DNA of 64,000 nt from Macrostomum lignano. Its lineage: Eukaryota. The translations under genes were made by a program, and so were the position numbers. Shown here piece after piece: positions 22,823 through 34,369 of the stretch. How positions within the stretch are numbered: position 1 is the stretch's first letter; the number at the start of each line of letters is the position of its first letter. Where the stretch lies: the NCBI GenBank assembly GCA_002269645.1, contig NIVC01001628.1, positions 62,001-126,000 of the forward strand, given 5' to 3'. The notes under the pieces are model-generated. The model was given only the letters and a program-made list of their open reading frames with translations. It had not been told where the DNA came from and did not search any database.

Positions 22823-23147
22823 GTTTATCATCTCGCTGCTCAGGGAGCCACAGCACAGGGCTCATTAACTAAACCCGAGAACGCGCTAACTCGCTGCCAA
22901 AAGTTTTTGTAAAATTTAGTAAAAGTAAAAGACAAAAGTATTTGTTTAAACTTTAAGCTTGCATTGTCTGTACTTTTCAATTCTATTGATTTGACTAAAA
23001 TGTGTAAACTGCTGGCTTCCCTGAAACAAACTGCTTATTACTATTATCAAGGCATTCGGTTCGGGACAAAGACTATATTTGATAAAGTCTTTGTTGCGGC
23101 CTTGAGTAGCCAGTGGCATAGCAACTGAGCATCTTCAATGGCATCAT

Positions 23148-23705
23148 TCAGATGTCGGGCAGAGGCTGGAACTCTGTGCCGCCACCTGCCCGGCAGAGCT
23201 GCAGGTGCCACTCCCAGTAGGCCGCGTCCTCCGCGTCCGCCAGCTCCGCCGCCGCTGCCGCTGCCGCCGCCGCCGCTGCCTCAGCCTCGGCGCCTTCGCC
23301 GTCAGCAGCAGCCGCGGCCTCAGCGGCCAACAGGCGGCTCCGCAGCTCCTGCAGGCGGTGCGGCAGAGATGGCGGAAGCTGCGGCAGCCGCGGCTCCCGG
23401 CTGCGGGACTTCATCGCGGGTGAGCAGCCGTCATCGTCGGGATCTTCGGCCTCGGGGAAGTCGATGGACTCGGCGGGGGGCTCCAGGAGCTGCTGAAGCT
23501 CGGCGATGTCGCTCGGCTTCCAGACGGTCTGCGTGTCCAGTAGGTCGGCGATGTCGCTCGGCTTCCAGACGGTCTGCGTGTCCAGCAGGTCGCCGCCGTC
23601 TTCGGTGTGGAAGCTCGAGGCGTCGCAGTCGGAATGTTCTGCATGCACGCTGGGCTCGCTGCGGCACCGAGGCGCAGTCGGCGCTGCCGAGAATTCGGGG
23701 CTCAT
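23148..23705 (-). CDS. Unknown acidic, Ala-rich 185-aa protein, single exon, with a duplicated 15-aa motif
   Basis: GC-rich codon usage matches the neighbouring genes. The acceptor TTTTGTTGCAG lies 4 nt before the ATG. DLLDTQTVWKPSDIA occurs twice. No family was recognised. Confidence 0.7.
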   Translation of the reverse strand: MSPEFSAAPTAPRCRSEPSVHAEHSDCDASSFHTEDGGDLLDTQTVWKPSDIADLLDTQTVWKPSDIAELQQLLEPPAESIDFPEAEDPDDDGCSPAMKSRSREPRLPQLPPSLPHRLQELRSRLLAAEAAAAADGEGAEAEAAAAAAAAAAAELADAEDAAYWEWHLQLCRAGGGTEFQPLPDI

Positions 23706-24051
23706 CGTGCTGCAACAAAATCTGCTGATAGAAGCTGAGAGATGTGCAAGATATCTGAGCTGGGATCCGCCTGCCGCTGCAGGCTCTGGCCATAGAACTT
23801 TTCTGGAGATGTTGAACGCTGCTTTGGGCGCCTTCTACACTTCCGAAGATCAACTGAGACCAGAGCGCCTCTACTGACAGTAGTCTTAACCGTTTATTAG
23901 ATGACATCGAGTACTTTTGTATTTGAATAAGCAAATTTTATATATACATATTACACTTAAGCTTCTTTAATATTTTTATTAACCACTGTAGTGAGGGAAA
24001 TAACGCTTCAAAACTGTGAAGATCTTTTTATAAGAGTCACGATGCTCTGGC

Positions 24052-24257
24052 AAATGAGAGTCGGGAACAACACAAACTCCAGTCCAAATGAGAGTCGGGA
24101 ACAACACAAACTCCAGTCCAAATGAGAGTCGGGAACAACACAAACTCCAGTCCAAATGAGAGTCGGGAACAACACAAACTCCAGTCCAAATGAGAGTCGG
24201 GAACAACACAAACTCCAGTCCAAATGAGAGTCGGGAACAACACAAACTCCAGTCCAA
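24052..24257. repeat. Minisatellite, 34-bp unit, 6 copies, in the EGFR 3' UTR
   Basis: Tandem AAATGAGAGTCGGGAACAACACAAACTCCAGTCC, starting about 10 nt beyond the stop codon. Confidence 0.96.
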
Positions 24258-24267
24258 TCAGAGTCGT

Positions 24268-27200
24268 TCAGCTCTTGGTCGGCGCCAAATAGTCGTCATC
24301 GATGTCCACCGGCTGCGGCTGCTGAGGCACCAGGTACCCAGCGTCGGGCTCGTCATACGCGGCGGTGGCCGGCCGCGCTTCCGGCACCAAATAGTCGCCG
24401 GTGCCCGCGGCTTCCGCTGACGTCGGGCAGCCGTTAGTGGCCGGGCGCGACCGCAGCTGCGGCTCATTCACGTAGGAGTTCGCGCCCGCCCGCTGCCGCT
24501 CCGGCGCCGCGTCCGCCATTGGCGCGTAGCCGCTGTCGTCGGCGACTTCCGCGACGCGACGATGCTCGGCCGGAGGCGGCTGGTGCTGCGCCATGAAGTG
24601 GACGAGCTCCGCCTTCTCCATGTCTACTTCGGTGGCCGCCGCGTTCCTGGCGGCAATGTACTTGGACGGGCAGAGCAGGCAGTCCTTCATGCTGGCCGTC
24701 AGGTCGTAGAACTTGGGCCGCGAATCGGGGAAGGGCAGCCAGCAGGCCAGCATGATGTTGTAGAAGTCCACGCTGCAGATGTCGGGCTGGTTCAGCCGGA
24801 TGCCCTTCTTCAGCAGGCCGGTGATGTCCTCCACCGAGGCGATGCGGTACGGTCTGTAGGGCGACTCGCCGTAGGAGCAGATCTCCCACAGCAGCACGCC
24901 GTAGCTCCACACGTCTGACTGGTGGCTGAAGACGCCCGACTCGAAGCACTCGAGGCCGAGCCACTTCACCGGCAGCGCTCCGGAGGTGTACACGAACTCG
25001 CGCTCGCTCTCCTGCAGCAGCCGGGCCAGCCCAAAGTCCGTGATCTTCACCTCGTCCGGGGTCTTCAGCAGGACGTTGCGAGCGGCCAGGTCGCGGTGCA
25101 CAATGCTGATGCTCTCCAGGTAGGCCATGCCCTCCGCCACCTGCAGCGCCCAGTTCAGCATCCGCTCCGCCCCGATGCCGCCGTGATGGTCGCGCAGGAA
25201 GCTGAGCAGGCAGCCGCGCGGCATCAGCGCCGTGATGAGCTGCACCTCCGCGGTCATGCACAGCGCTACCAGCCGGACGCAGTGCGGATGCTGCACTCGC
25301 GCTAGCACGCTGGCCTCGCTGAGCAGCTCCTGGCCGAGCTTCGGGTTGTTGCCGCGGAGGACCTTGACGGCCACCGGCAGCTCGCGGACACCCTTGACGG
25401 TGTCGGTGCGCAGCAGGCCGCGGTACACGGTGCCGAACGCGCCGCTGCCGATCTCCTTCTGCTTGACAACGTCGTCATTGTTGACGATGAGCAGCCGGAC
25501 CATGTCGCTCGGGTTGCTGGGGTCGGCCAGGTACTCGTCCAGCTCCACCATTTCGTACTTGCGGACCTGCCGCCTGTAGTGCCAGCCACCAAGGAGGCCC
25601 AGCGCCAGCAGCGCCAGCACCAACAGCGCCAGGCCTGCTGCCAGGCCTGCGAAGCGAGCCGCGGCCGCCGCGTAGCACTCGCCGTCGGCGTCGGGCTCCA
25701 GCTGGCTGCCGCAGGCGGCCACGCAGACGCCGTCCTCTCGGTAGTTCCGGCAGGCGATGCACTCGTCGGGGCCGGGGCCGAGGCAGCCGCGGCCGGGCGC
25801 GCACTCGCCGTGGCAGGGCAGGCACGGTTCGTGCCGGTGCTCGCCCGCGGCCAGCGGGTTCGGGTAGCCGCCAGCAACGAGGCAGTTGTCCTGGCAGACG
25901 CCTCGCACGCGGACTCCGGTGCAGGCGACGCAGCCGACTGGCCCGGGGCCCCAGCACTCGCCGGCAGCGCAGCGGCGGTCGCAGACGGCGCCGGCGCAGT
26001 CGGGATCGTCGTCCGGCGCGAAAGAGACTTCGCCGCGGATTGTGACGGAGTAGCGGCGCCGGGTCTCGTTCTCCTGCAGGAACCCGGCCGGGAACCAGGC
26101 GCGGCAGAGACCGCTGACTCTGAACAGCACCAGCTTCTTGGCGGTCTCCAGGTTGGACAGGCCGAGGAAGCTGGTCCGCATGTTCATCAAGATGAGGTTG
26201 CCCGACACGTGCCGCAGGCTGCTGAGCACCGACAGGTTGGAGGCCAGCAGCTCGGAGTTGGAGATGCGGAACTGGTCCCCGTACAGGTAGCGGGCGGAAG
26301 CCAGGGCGGACAGGGCAGCGGCGGAGGTGTTGGGCTTCGTTCCGTCCAGGGTGACGGAGCTGCCGAACTTCCACACCGAACAGTTGGAGAAGTCGCTCGC
26401 CACGCCGTCGTTGAAGTTGCGCTCGGCGCTTTCGCAGACGCGGCAGTTCTTCTGTTCGCCGAATTCGTCGCCGCAGCGGGCGCAGCGGCCGTCGGCGGGG
26501 GTCTGCGAGGCGGGACAGGCGGCCAGGCAGAACTGGCGGCTCAGGTCCAGCACGAACTGGGGCGGGCATTTGCTTTTGCACACGTTGCCGACGCGCACCA
26601 GGGAGGTGTTGCTGCTCTGCAGCTTCGAATCGAACGCGTCGAACTTCAGCGAGCCGGGGCAGCTGGCGTGGCAGGAGCCGTTGTAGCTGACGCCCTGACA
26701 GGAGTTGCAGTCCCTGCGGCCGCGGCCGGTGCAGCCGCCGAGGCACTCCGTGTCGCAGCACTCCTCCAGGCCGCTGCGGGTGTCCAGATAGCAGCTGCGG
26801 CAGGGCCTGTAGGGGTTGCTGCAGCGGCTCCCCGCCTGGCAGACGCTGGCTGACCAGCACCGGCCTCTGGGACAGTCGGCGCTGCAGCTGCGGGCAGCCT
26901 CCGGCGCGGTGCTGCAGGCGTTGCTGCAGTTGCCGACGGAGACGCTGTTGACGGTGCACTCTGCGACGGTCTCGGTGATGAAGCGCTGCTGCTCCGGCGC
27001 CTCGAAGATGGCCGCCCAGTCAACGGTAGAGTTCAGGCGGCACAGCAGGCCGGAGTCGACCGTGCCGAAGATGCGGACGTCGTTGCGCAAGATGGCGGTG
27101 AGGCTGGGCAGCAGCAGCTCCATGGGGTGGACGCACAGGGCCAGCTCCAGGGCGGGCTCCGTCTGGCTGGCGCCGCCGCCGCGGATGACGCGCAGGCTGG

Positions 27201-27543
27201 CGAGGCGAACCCGGCGAAGGCTGACCTGCTGGATGACCAGCCGGCCGCTGATCTCGACAATGGAGTCCAGGAAGTCCGTCTCCATGTCCCGGATGCTGTC
27301 GTCGAGCAGGCGGCCGGTGGCGCGGTCAACGCCGATCTCCTTCAGCACGAGGTCGCCGTGGATGTACTGGCAGCCGGCCACCATGTCCCGCAGGCTGCTC
27401 CTCAGGCCCGGCAGGTCTTCGGGCCCGGCGTAGTCCAGCTGGGTGAGCTCGAGGCCTTTGCAGATCTTGCTGAAGGCCACCTCAGCGAGGCAGGTCGGGC
27501 TGACGGCGGTCAGCAGCAGCAGCAGCAGCGGGGGGCGCAGCAT
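24268..27543 (-). CDS. EGFR: EGFR/ErbB-family receptor tyrosine kinase, 1091 aa, intronless CDS
   Basis: It has a signal peptide, an L domain (CQYIHGDL...EISGRLVI), a furin-like Cys-rich region, a second L domain, a second Cys-rich region (CWGPGP, CLGPGPDECIAC) and a TM helix. The kinase has GSGAFGTVYRG, VAVK, HRDLAARN, DFG and SDVWSYGV. The tail has YAPM, YVNE, YLVP twice, YDEP and YLAP. Confidence 0.96.
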   Translation of the reverse strand: MLRPPLLLLLLTAVSPTCLAEVAFSKICKGLELTQLDYAGPEDLPGLRSSLRDMVAGCQYIHGDLVLKEIGVDRATGRLLDDSIRDMETDFLDSIVEISGRLVIQQVSLRRVRLASLRVIRGGGASQTEPALELALCVHPMELLLPSLTAILRNDVRIFGTVDSGLLCRLNSTVDWAAIFEAPEQQRFITETVAECTVNSVSVGNCSNACSTAPEAARSCSADCPRGRCWSASVCQAGSRCSNPYRPCRSCYLDTRSGLEECCDTECLGGCTGRGRRDCNSCQGVSYNGSCHASCPGSLKFDAFDSKLQSSNTSLVRVGNVCKSKCPPQFVLDLSRQFCLAACPASQTPADGRCARCGDEFGEQKNCRVCESAERNFNDGVASDFSNCSVWKFGSSVTLDGTKPNTSAAALSALASARYLYGDQFRISNSELLASNLSVLSSLRHVSGNLILMNMRTSFLGLSNLETAKKLVLFRVSGLCRAWFPAGFLQENETRRRYSVTIRGEVSFAPDDDPDCAGAVCDRRCAAGECWGPGPVGCVACTGVRVRGVCQDNCLVAGGYPNPLAAGEHRHEPCLPCHGECAPGRGCLGPGPDECIACRNYREDGVCVAACGSQLEPDADGECYAAAAARFAGLAAGLALLVLALLALGLLGGWHYRRQVRKYEMVELDEYLADPSNPSDMVRLLIVNNDDVVKQKEIGSGAFGTVYRGLLRTDTVKGVRELPVAVKVLRGNNPKLGQELLSEASVLARVQHPHCVRLVALCMTAEVQLITALMPRGCLLSFLRDHHGGIGAERMLNWALQVAEGMAYLESISIVHRDLAARNVLLKTPDEVKITDFGLARLLQESEREFVYTSGALPVKWLGLECFESGVFSHQSDVWSYGVLLWEICSYGESPYRPYRIASVEDITGLLKKGIRLNQPDICSVDFYNIMLACWLPFPDSRPKFYDLTASMKDCLLCPSKYIAARNAAATEVDMEKAELVHFMAQHQPPPAEHRRVAEVADDSGYAPMADAAPERQRAGANSYVNEPQLRSRPATNGCPTSAEAAGTGDYLVPEARPATAAYDEPDAGYLVPQQPQPVDIDDDYLAPTKS

Positions 27544-27545
27544 CG

Positions 27546-27889
27546 CTGAGACTCAGTTGGAGGGCAGCTCAGTCTGCGTGAGTTGAGTAAGGATTTAGAG
27601 CTGTGGGGAGGCCTGAAAACTGAGCTCAGACTGCGGAAGCTGCCCCTATTGAGGCATCCGGGTTGAGGACAATGCGGCCCAGTGCAGTTCTCCCCTTCTC
27701 TTCCCTCCTCCTCTCGCCTGCCTGCCTGCCTGCTTCTCATTAGCGAAGCTGCGTGCTCACTGAGCCGCATCAGTACATCCTCATACTTCATCCTCAGCTT
27801 CCTCCCCCCCATCGCCTGAGAACTAACAAAGAACATAGGCATTAGGGAATCGATTAATGTTTAGAAATTTTCTATAATTAGAAACTCAC
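27546..27889 (-). other. Candidate 5' UTR intron of EGFR (344 nt)
   Basis: A consensus donor CAG|GTGAGT at 27890/27889 and an acceptor TCTCAG| ending 2 nt before the ATG. Confidence 0.6.
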
Positions 27890-28904
27890 CTGACCGAGAG
27901 ACGGGCAGTCCGTTATTCAATGCTTATTCAGCGCCCAAAGCTGATATTCGCTACTTCGCACCGAGAGAAGGCATTTCAACCTTGGCCAGCTATAAATGCT
28001 GGGCAACCCGGCCCCGGTATCCAGCCCCCCCCCACCCCCTGCCTGCCCAATCAGCATCTGCCGGCCCCAGTGATCGATCCGGCCTCCAGAATCGGGATCA
28101 GCCGCTGCTGCCTGCTGCCCATTTTTAGTTTGGGGAGGCCAACAAAAACCGACTTGTTCGCCCTCTCCTGGGGGCCTCGGCAATTCTTGTTGCCGCGAGG
28201 GAAGCGGGAATCACGCATTTTACTAGGGGGCTTTCGCTAGTAGGGGGAGATGTAGGCGGGGAGGGGGGCAGATGAGGCCCAGCGGATGCTGCGTGTCGGA
28301 CTGGCCAACGAAGCGCACGCAGTTTTTTTTGGAAAAAAAACCGGAACTGGAGAGGAAGAGGCAGCTGGGGGGGGGGGGGGGGGGGCCCCCCCCTCGGGTT
28401 CAACCCCCCCCCCCTCCTAACAGTCGGGTGCGTGCGGCGGCTTCTGCTCCTAGAAGAGCCGCGAACCCCGCTCCCTCCCCAAGCCGGAACCCGAGGAACA
28501 CGAAACAGATTTGCCTCTCAGCTGCTTATCTGCATCAAGCTGCAGAGGTTGTAAAATTGATGCTGTTGCCAAGGCCTCTCTTGCCCTTCTAGGCGAGCCT
28601 TGCCAAATTTAGCAATTAATTAATTGAATCCATTTATGGGATGAATTATTGTTTGCGCAGCGGGGGCGGTGAGCAGCCAGGCGGCTGGCAGGTAGGCTTT
28701 TATCGACATCACTTGGATCCTGGGGCTGGTTGGGAAAAGCAATTATTAAATTGGAGCCCAGGTTTTTATTGCAGGAAATCCCCGTCTGGACGCGACCACC
28801 CACTGCGAGGTTCGGTGATGCCTTTCACCTTCATCTCCGTTGTCAATTGAGCAGAATTTGCGCTGATTTGAATTCGCGGAAAAATTCGCCCTATACTGAA
28901 TAAA

Positions 28905-31165
28905 GGAATAGAATGGATTGCTAATCTAGCCTATGATGGGTGCAAGAATAGAATGGATTGCTAATCTAGCCTATCATGGGTGCAAGAATAGAATGGATTG
29001 CTAATCTAGCCTATCATGGGTGCAGGAATAGAATGGATTGCTAATCTAGCCTATCATGTGTGCAGGTATAGAATGGATTGCTAATCTAGCCTATCATGTG
29101 TGCAGGTATAGAATGGATTGCTAATCTAGCCTATCATGGATGCAGGAATAGAATGGATTGCTAATCTAGCCTATCATGGGTGCAGGAATAGAATGGAATG
29201 CTAATCTTGCCTATCATGGGTGCAGGAATAGAATGGATTGCTAATCTTGCCTATCATGGGTGCAGGAATAAAGTGGATTGCTAATCTAGCCTATCATGAG
29301 TGCAGGAATAGAATGGATTGCTAATCTAGCCTATCATGTGTGCAGGAATAGAATGGATTGCTAATCTAGCCTATCATGTGTGCAGGAATAGAATGGATTG
29401 CTAATCTTGCCTATCATGGGTGCAGGAATAGAATGGATTGCTAATCTAGCCTATCATGGATGCAGGAATAGAATGGATTGCTAATCTAGCCTATCATGGA
29501 TGCAGGAATAGAATGGATTGCTAATCTAGCCTATCATGGCTGCAGGAATAGAATGGATTGCTAATCTAGCCTATCATGGATGCAGGAATAGAATGGATTG
29601 CTAATCTTGCCTATCATGGGTGCAGGAATAAAGTGGATTGCTAATCTAGCCTATCATGAGTGCAGGAATAGAATGGATTGCTAATCTAGCCTATCATGAG
29701 TGCAGGAATAGAATGGAATGCTAATCTTGCCTATCATGGATGCAGGAATAGAATGGATTGCTAATCTAGCCTATCATGGGTGCAGGAATAGAATGGATTG
29801 CTAATCTAGCCTATCATGTGTGCAGGAATAGAATGGATTGCTAATCTTGCCTATCATGGGTGCAGGAATAAAGTGGATTGCTAATCTAGCCTATCATGTG
29901 TGCAGGAATAGAATGGATTGCTAATCTAGCCTATCATGAGTGCAGGAATAGAATGGATTGTTAATCTAGCCTATCATGGATGCAGGAATAGAATGGATTG
30001 CTAATCTAGCCTATCATGGGTGCAGGAATAGAATGGATTGCTAATCTAGCCTATCATGGGTGCAGGAATAGAATGGATTGCTAATCTAGCCTATCATGGG
30101 TGCAGGAATAGAATGGATTGCTAATCTAGCCTATCATGAGTGCAGGAATAGAATGGATTGCTAATCTAGCCTATCATGGATGCAGGAATAGAATGGATTG
30201 CTAATCTAGCCTATCATGGGTGCAGGAATAGAATGGATTGCTAATCTAGCCTATCATGTGTGCAGGTATAGAATGGATTGCTAATCTAGCCTATCATGTG
30301 TGCAGGTATAGAATGGATTGCTAATCTATCCTATCATGGATGCAGGAATAGAATGGATTGCTAATCTAGCCTATCATGGGTGCAGGAATAGAATGGATTG
30401 CTAATCTAGCCTATCATGGGTGCAGGAATAGAATGGATTGCTAATCTTGCCTATCATGGGTGCAGGAATAAAGTGGATTGCTAATCTAGCCTATCATGAG
30501 TGCAGGAATAGAATGGATTGCTAATCTAGCCTATCATGTGTGCAGGAATAGAATGGATTGCTAATCTAGCCTTTCATGTGTGCAGGAATAGAATGGATTG
30601 CTAATCTTGCCTATCATGGGTGCAGGAATAGAATGGATTGCTAATCTAGCCTATCATGGATGCAGGAATAGAATGGATTGCTAATCTAGCCTATCATGGT
30701 TGCAGGAATAGAATGGATTGCTAATCTAGCCTATCATGGATGCAGGAATAGAATGGATTGCTAATCTAGCCTATCATGGATGTAGGAATAGAATGGATTG
30801 CTAATCTTGCCTATCATGTGTGCAGGAATAGAATGGATTGCTAATCTTGCCTATCATGGGTGCAGGAATAGAATGGATTGCTAATCTTGCCTATCATGGG
30901 TGCAGGAATAAAGTGGATTGCTAATCTAGCCTATCATGAGTGCAGGAATAGAATGGATTGCTAATCTAGCCTATCATGTGTGCAGGAATAGAATGGATTG
31001 CTAATCTTGCCTATCATGGGTGCAGGAATAGAATGGATTGCTAATCTAGCCTATCATGTGTGCAGGAATAGAATGGAATGCTAATCTTGCCTATCATGGG
31101 TGCAGGAATAGAATGGATTGCTAATCTAGCCTATCATGGGTGCAGGAATAGAATGGATTGCTAAT
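28905..31165. repeat. Minisatellite, 40-bp unit, ~56 copies (largest array in the window)
   Basis: Tandem GAATAGAATGGATTGCTAATCTAGCCTATCATGNGTGCAG. Confidence 0.98.
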
Positions 31166-31609
31166 GATCCTACATTCATGCAGGGTTTAGCCGCACCAAT
31201 TTCGAATCATAAGTTACATAAATTTCCCATACCTTGCTTTTTGCTTCCCAGTTGCCGGGTATCCCTAAATTAAGCTTCCCCAGTTCATCCCGGATCCCAC
31301 CTGACATCAAAGCGGTTCAATTAGTGCAGGCCTGAAGTGGCAGATCCACCTGTGGACTGAAGTTCGCCCCCTGTCTGCCATGAAGCTAGGATAAACATCC
31401 CGCAAGCTGCAGTCCCAATTACCGGGCAAAGGGATTCGCAGAATAGCAATATTATTTCCCAAGCAAAGCAGACGGAATTTCCAGTGCGCATGAAAGGACT
31501 TGGACCGAATTTTTGCGTTAGATAAACGAGAAATTCATAGAAAAAATTAAATTATATAATTTTTGTTATTCTGCGTATAGAAACAAGATTGCCACTTTTA
31601 GGGGTTACA

Positions 31610-31905
31610 GACAGACTGGGGGGACTGACTGACAGAGGCTGGGGAGAGGGGATAGTCTGACTGACAGAGGCTGGGGAGAGGGGATAGTCTGACTGACAGA
31701 GGCTGGGGAGAGGGGATAGTCTGACTGACAGAGGCTGGAAGAGGGGATAGTCTGACTGACAGAGGCTGGAAGAGGGGATAGTCTGACTGACAGAGGCTGG
31801 GAGAGGGGATAGTCTGACTGACAGAGGCTGGGGAGAGGGGATAGTCTGACTGACAGAGGCTGGGAGAGGGGATAGTCTGACTGACAGAGGCGGGGAGAGG
31901 GGATA
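31610..31905. repeat. Minisatellite, 32-bp unit, ~9 copies
   Basis: Tandem GACTGACAGAGGCTGGGGAGAGGGGATAGTCT. Confidence 0.95.
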
Positions 31906-32773
31906 GTGTGAAATCTACCCACAAAATTCTCATCCAGCCTTTTCCAAGCAAATATTTATCATCGAAAGAAGATACTCAAGCCCAGACTCTCCGCTCCATC
32001 TGGCAGGATGAAGACATCGGCTTCCGCCACAAGTGGCAATCAAAATGGAGGCCGCCGTTGCACAAGCGCAGAAGTTCTCGGGGTAAACAGAGCCGTCTTC
32101 CTCCGCTGCAGACTCCACCCAGAATCCCACAGGCTTAGATTAGGCACAAGAAAAAAGCTGGGTGGAGCTCGGCTTATCCATCATCATCCCTCAATTCTGC
32201 ACTCGCTTATTTCCAGCCCCATCCAGATTCGCCGTGCGCAATATCCAGCTGGCACAAAAGCAATGGAAGAAGGCAGTAAAAAACACGCCACAGCCCCAGC
32301 CTCCCTGTTGCTATCCAGTTGCCATGCGCGGAGGCTGCATGTGTTCCTCATCTTCGATCCTCGTCCACTTAGCCGGGAATGGGCCAGCATTCGGTGGCGA
32401 GAGAAGGTCAGGAATTCGGTGCGTAGCAAATGGCCCGGCCGCCCCCCCCCCTCAAAAATGCAGCCGCCAGTCCTCGGGGGAACAAGGCGTAAAAGCGCGC
32501 CGATTCAAATCAGATTACGGCCATCGGTTTCGGGGATAATATCGTCGCATTTTTTTCTGAGTGCCGCTGCAATGCGCAGGCGGCTTCGCTTTGTAATTTT
32601 TAATTAGATTGCGGCCTGACATCATTTAAAGCGGCGCTTTTATGATCCCCGCTTCACTGGACACTGATTCGGGCACGCAAAATGCCCGGTCCGCTGGGAG
32701 CTTCTGCCTCACATTCCGGCTTGGTATTTGGGGTCCAGGGTGCTCAGAGCTCGGACTCGGCTTGGAGATTTGA

Positions 32774-32865
32774 GTTTGGAATGTGCAGTTCCTGGTTGGG
32801 AATGTGAAGTTTCAGCTTTGGAATGTGCAGTTCCTGGTTGGGAATGTGAAGTTTCAGCTTTGGAA
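32774..32865. repeat. Left part of a 21/42-bp minisatellite that continues at 36626-37003
   Basis: TTTGGAATGTGCAGTTCCTGGTTGGGAATGTGAAGTTTCAGC units, identical to those starting at 36626. Confidence 0.9.
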
Positions 32866-33007
32866 CTAGCAATCTTCGCCCCCCGATGGGGGGCATCTAG
32901 ATAGAATCTCTGGCACTCTACAAGTATCAAAAAGACGGCCAAATAAAGCCTTCACATAGACAATAGAAAAACTGCTCAAATGAAGTGCAATGCAAAAAAA
33001 TATCCCA

Positions 33008-34369
33008 GGACAGCAAGCAACCCCCCAGATAGCAAGCACCCCCAGATAGCAAGCATCCACCTAATAGCAAGCACCCTTAGATAGCAAGCATCCCCAGATA
33101 GCAAGCACCCTTGGATAGCAAGGCAAGCATCTCCAGATAGCAAGCACCCCCAGATAGCGAGCACCCCAGATAGCAAGCATCCACCTAATAGCAAGCACCC
33201 CAAGATAGCAAGCATCCACCTAATAGCAAGCACCCTTAGATAGCAAGCACCCCCAGATAGCAAGCACCCCCAGATAGCAAGCACCCCAAGTAGCAAGCAT
33301 CTCTAGATAGCAAGCACCCCCAGATAGCAGGCACCCCAGATAGCAAGCATCCACCTAATAGCAAGCACCCCAAGATAGCAAGCATCCACCTAATAGCAAG
33401 CACCCTTAGATAGCAAGCACCCCCAGATAGCAAGCACCCCCAGATAGCAAGCATCTCCAGATAGCAAGCACCCCCAGATAGCAAGCATCCACCTAATAGC
33501 AAGCACCCCCAGATAGCAAGCATCCACCTAATAGCAAGCACCCCCAGATAGCAAGCATCCACCTAATAGCAAGCACCCCCAGATAGCAAGCATCCACCTA
33601 ATAGCAAGCACCCCAAGATAGCAAGCATCCACCTAATAGCAAGCACCCTTAGATAGCAAGCACCCCCAGATAGCAAGCACCCCCAGATAGCAAGCATCTC
33701 CAGATAGCAAGCACCCCCAGATAGCAAGCATCCACCTAATAGCAAGCACCCCCAGATAGCAAGCATCCACCTAATAGCAAGCACCCCCAGATAGCAAGCA
33801 TCCACCTAATAGCAAGCACCCCCAGATAGCAAGCACCCCCAGATAGCAAGCACCCCCAGATAGCAAGCACCCCCAGATAGCAAGCATCTCTAGATAGCAA
33901 GCACCCCCAGATAGCAGGCACCCCAGATAGCAAGCATCCACCTAATAGCAAGCACCCCCAGATAGCAAGCATCTCCAGATAGCAAGCACCCCCAGATAGC
34001 AGGCACCCCAGATAGCAAGCATCCACCTAATAGCAAGCACCCCCAGATAGCAAGCACCCCCAGATAGCAAGAACCCCCAGATAGCAGGCACCCCAGATAG
34101 CAAGCATCCACCTAATAGCAAGCACCCCCAGATAGCAAGCACCCCCAGATAGCAAGCACCCCCAGATAGCAAGCACCCCCAGATAGCACGCATCTCCAGA
34201 TAGCAAGCACTCCAAGATAGCAGGCACCCCAGATAGCAAGCATCCACCTAATAGCAAGCACCCCCAGATAGCTAGAACCCCCAAGATAGCAAGCATCCCC
34301 CAGATAGCAAGCACCCACAGATAGCACGCATCTCCAGATAGCAAGCACTCCAAGATAGTAGGCACCCCA
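33008..34369. repeat. Minisatellite, 17-18-bp units, inside the Helitron
   Basis: Tandem AGATAGCAAGCACCCCC and AGATAGCAAGCATCCACCTAATAGCAAGCACCCCC. Confidence 0.95.

Noticed and set aside
24464-27549. Alternative-frame and antisense ORFs overlapping EGFR, the transporter, RXR and the lectin receptor
   Set aside because: These are expected by-products of very GC-rich codon usage and show no recognisable domains.
28905-31165. CRISPR-like appearance of the regularly spaced 20-40-bp repeats
   Set aside because: The units are head-to-tail with no unique spacers, there are no cas genes, and the context is eukaryotic.
31908-32607. 199-aa ORF (32008-32607) and neighbours upstream of the Helitron
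   Set aside because: There is no domain, no codon bias like the real genes, and no convincing splice structure.
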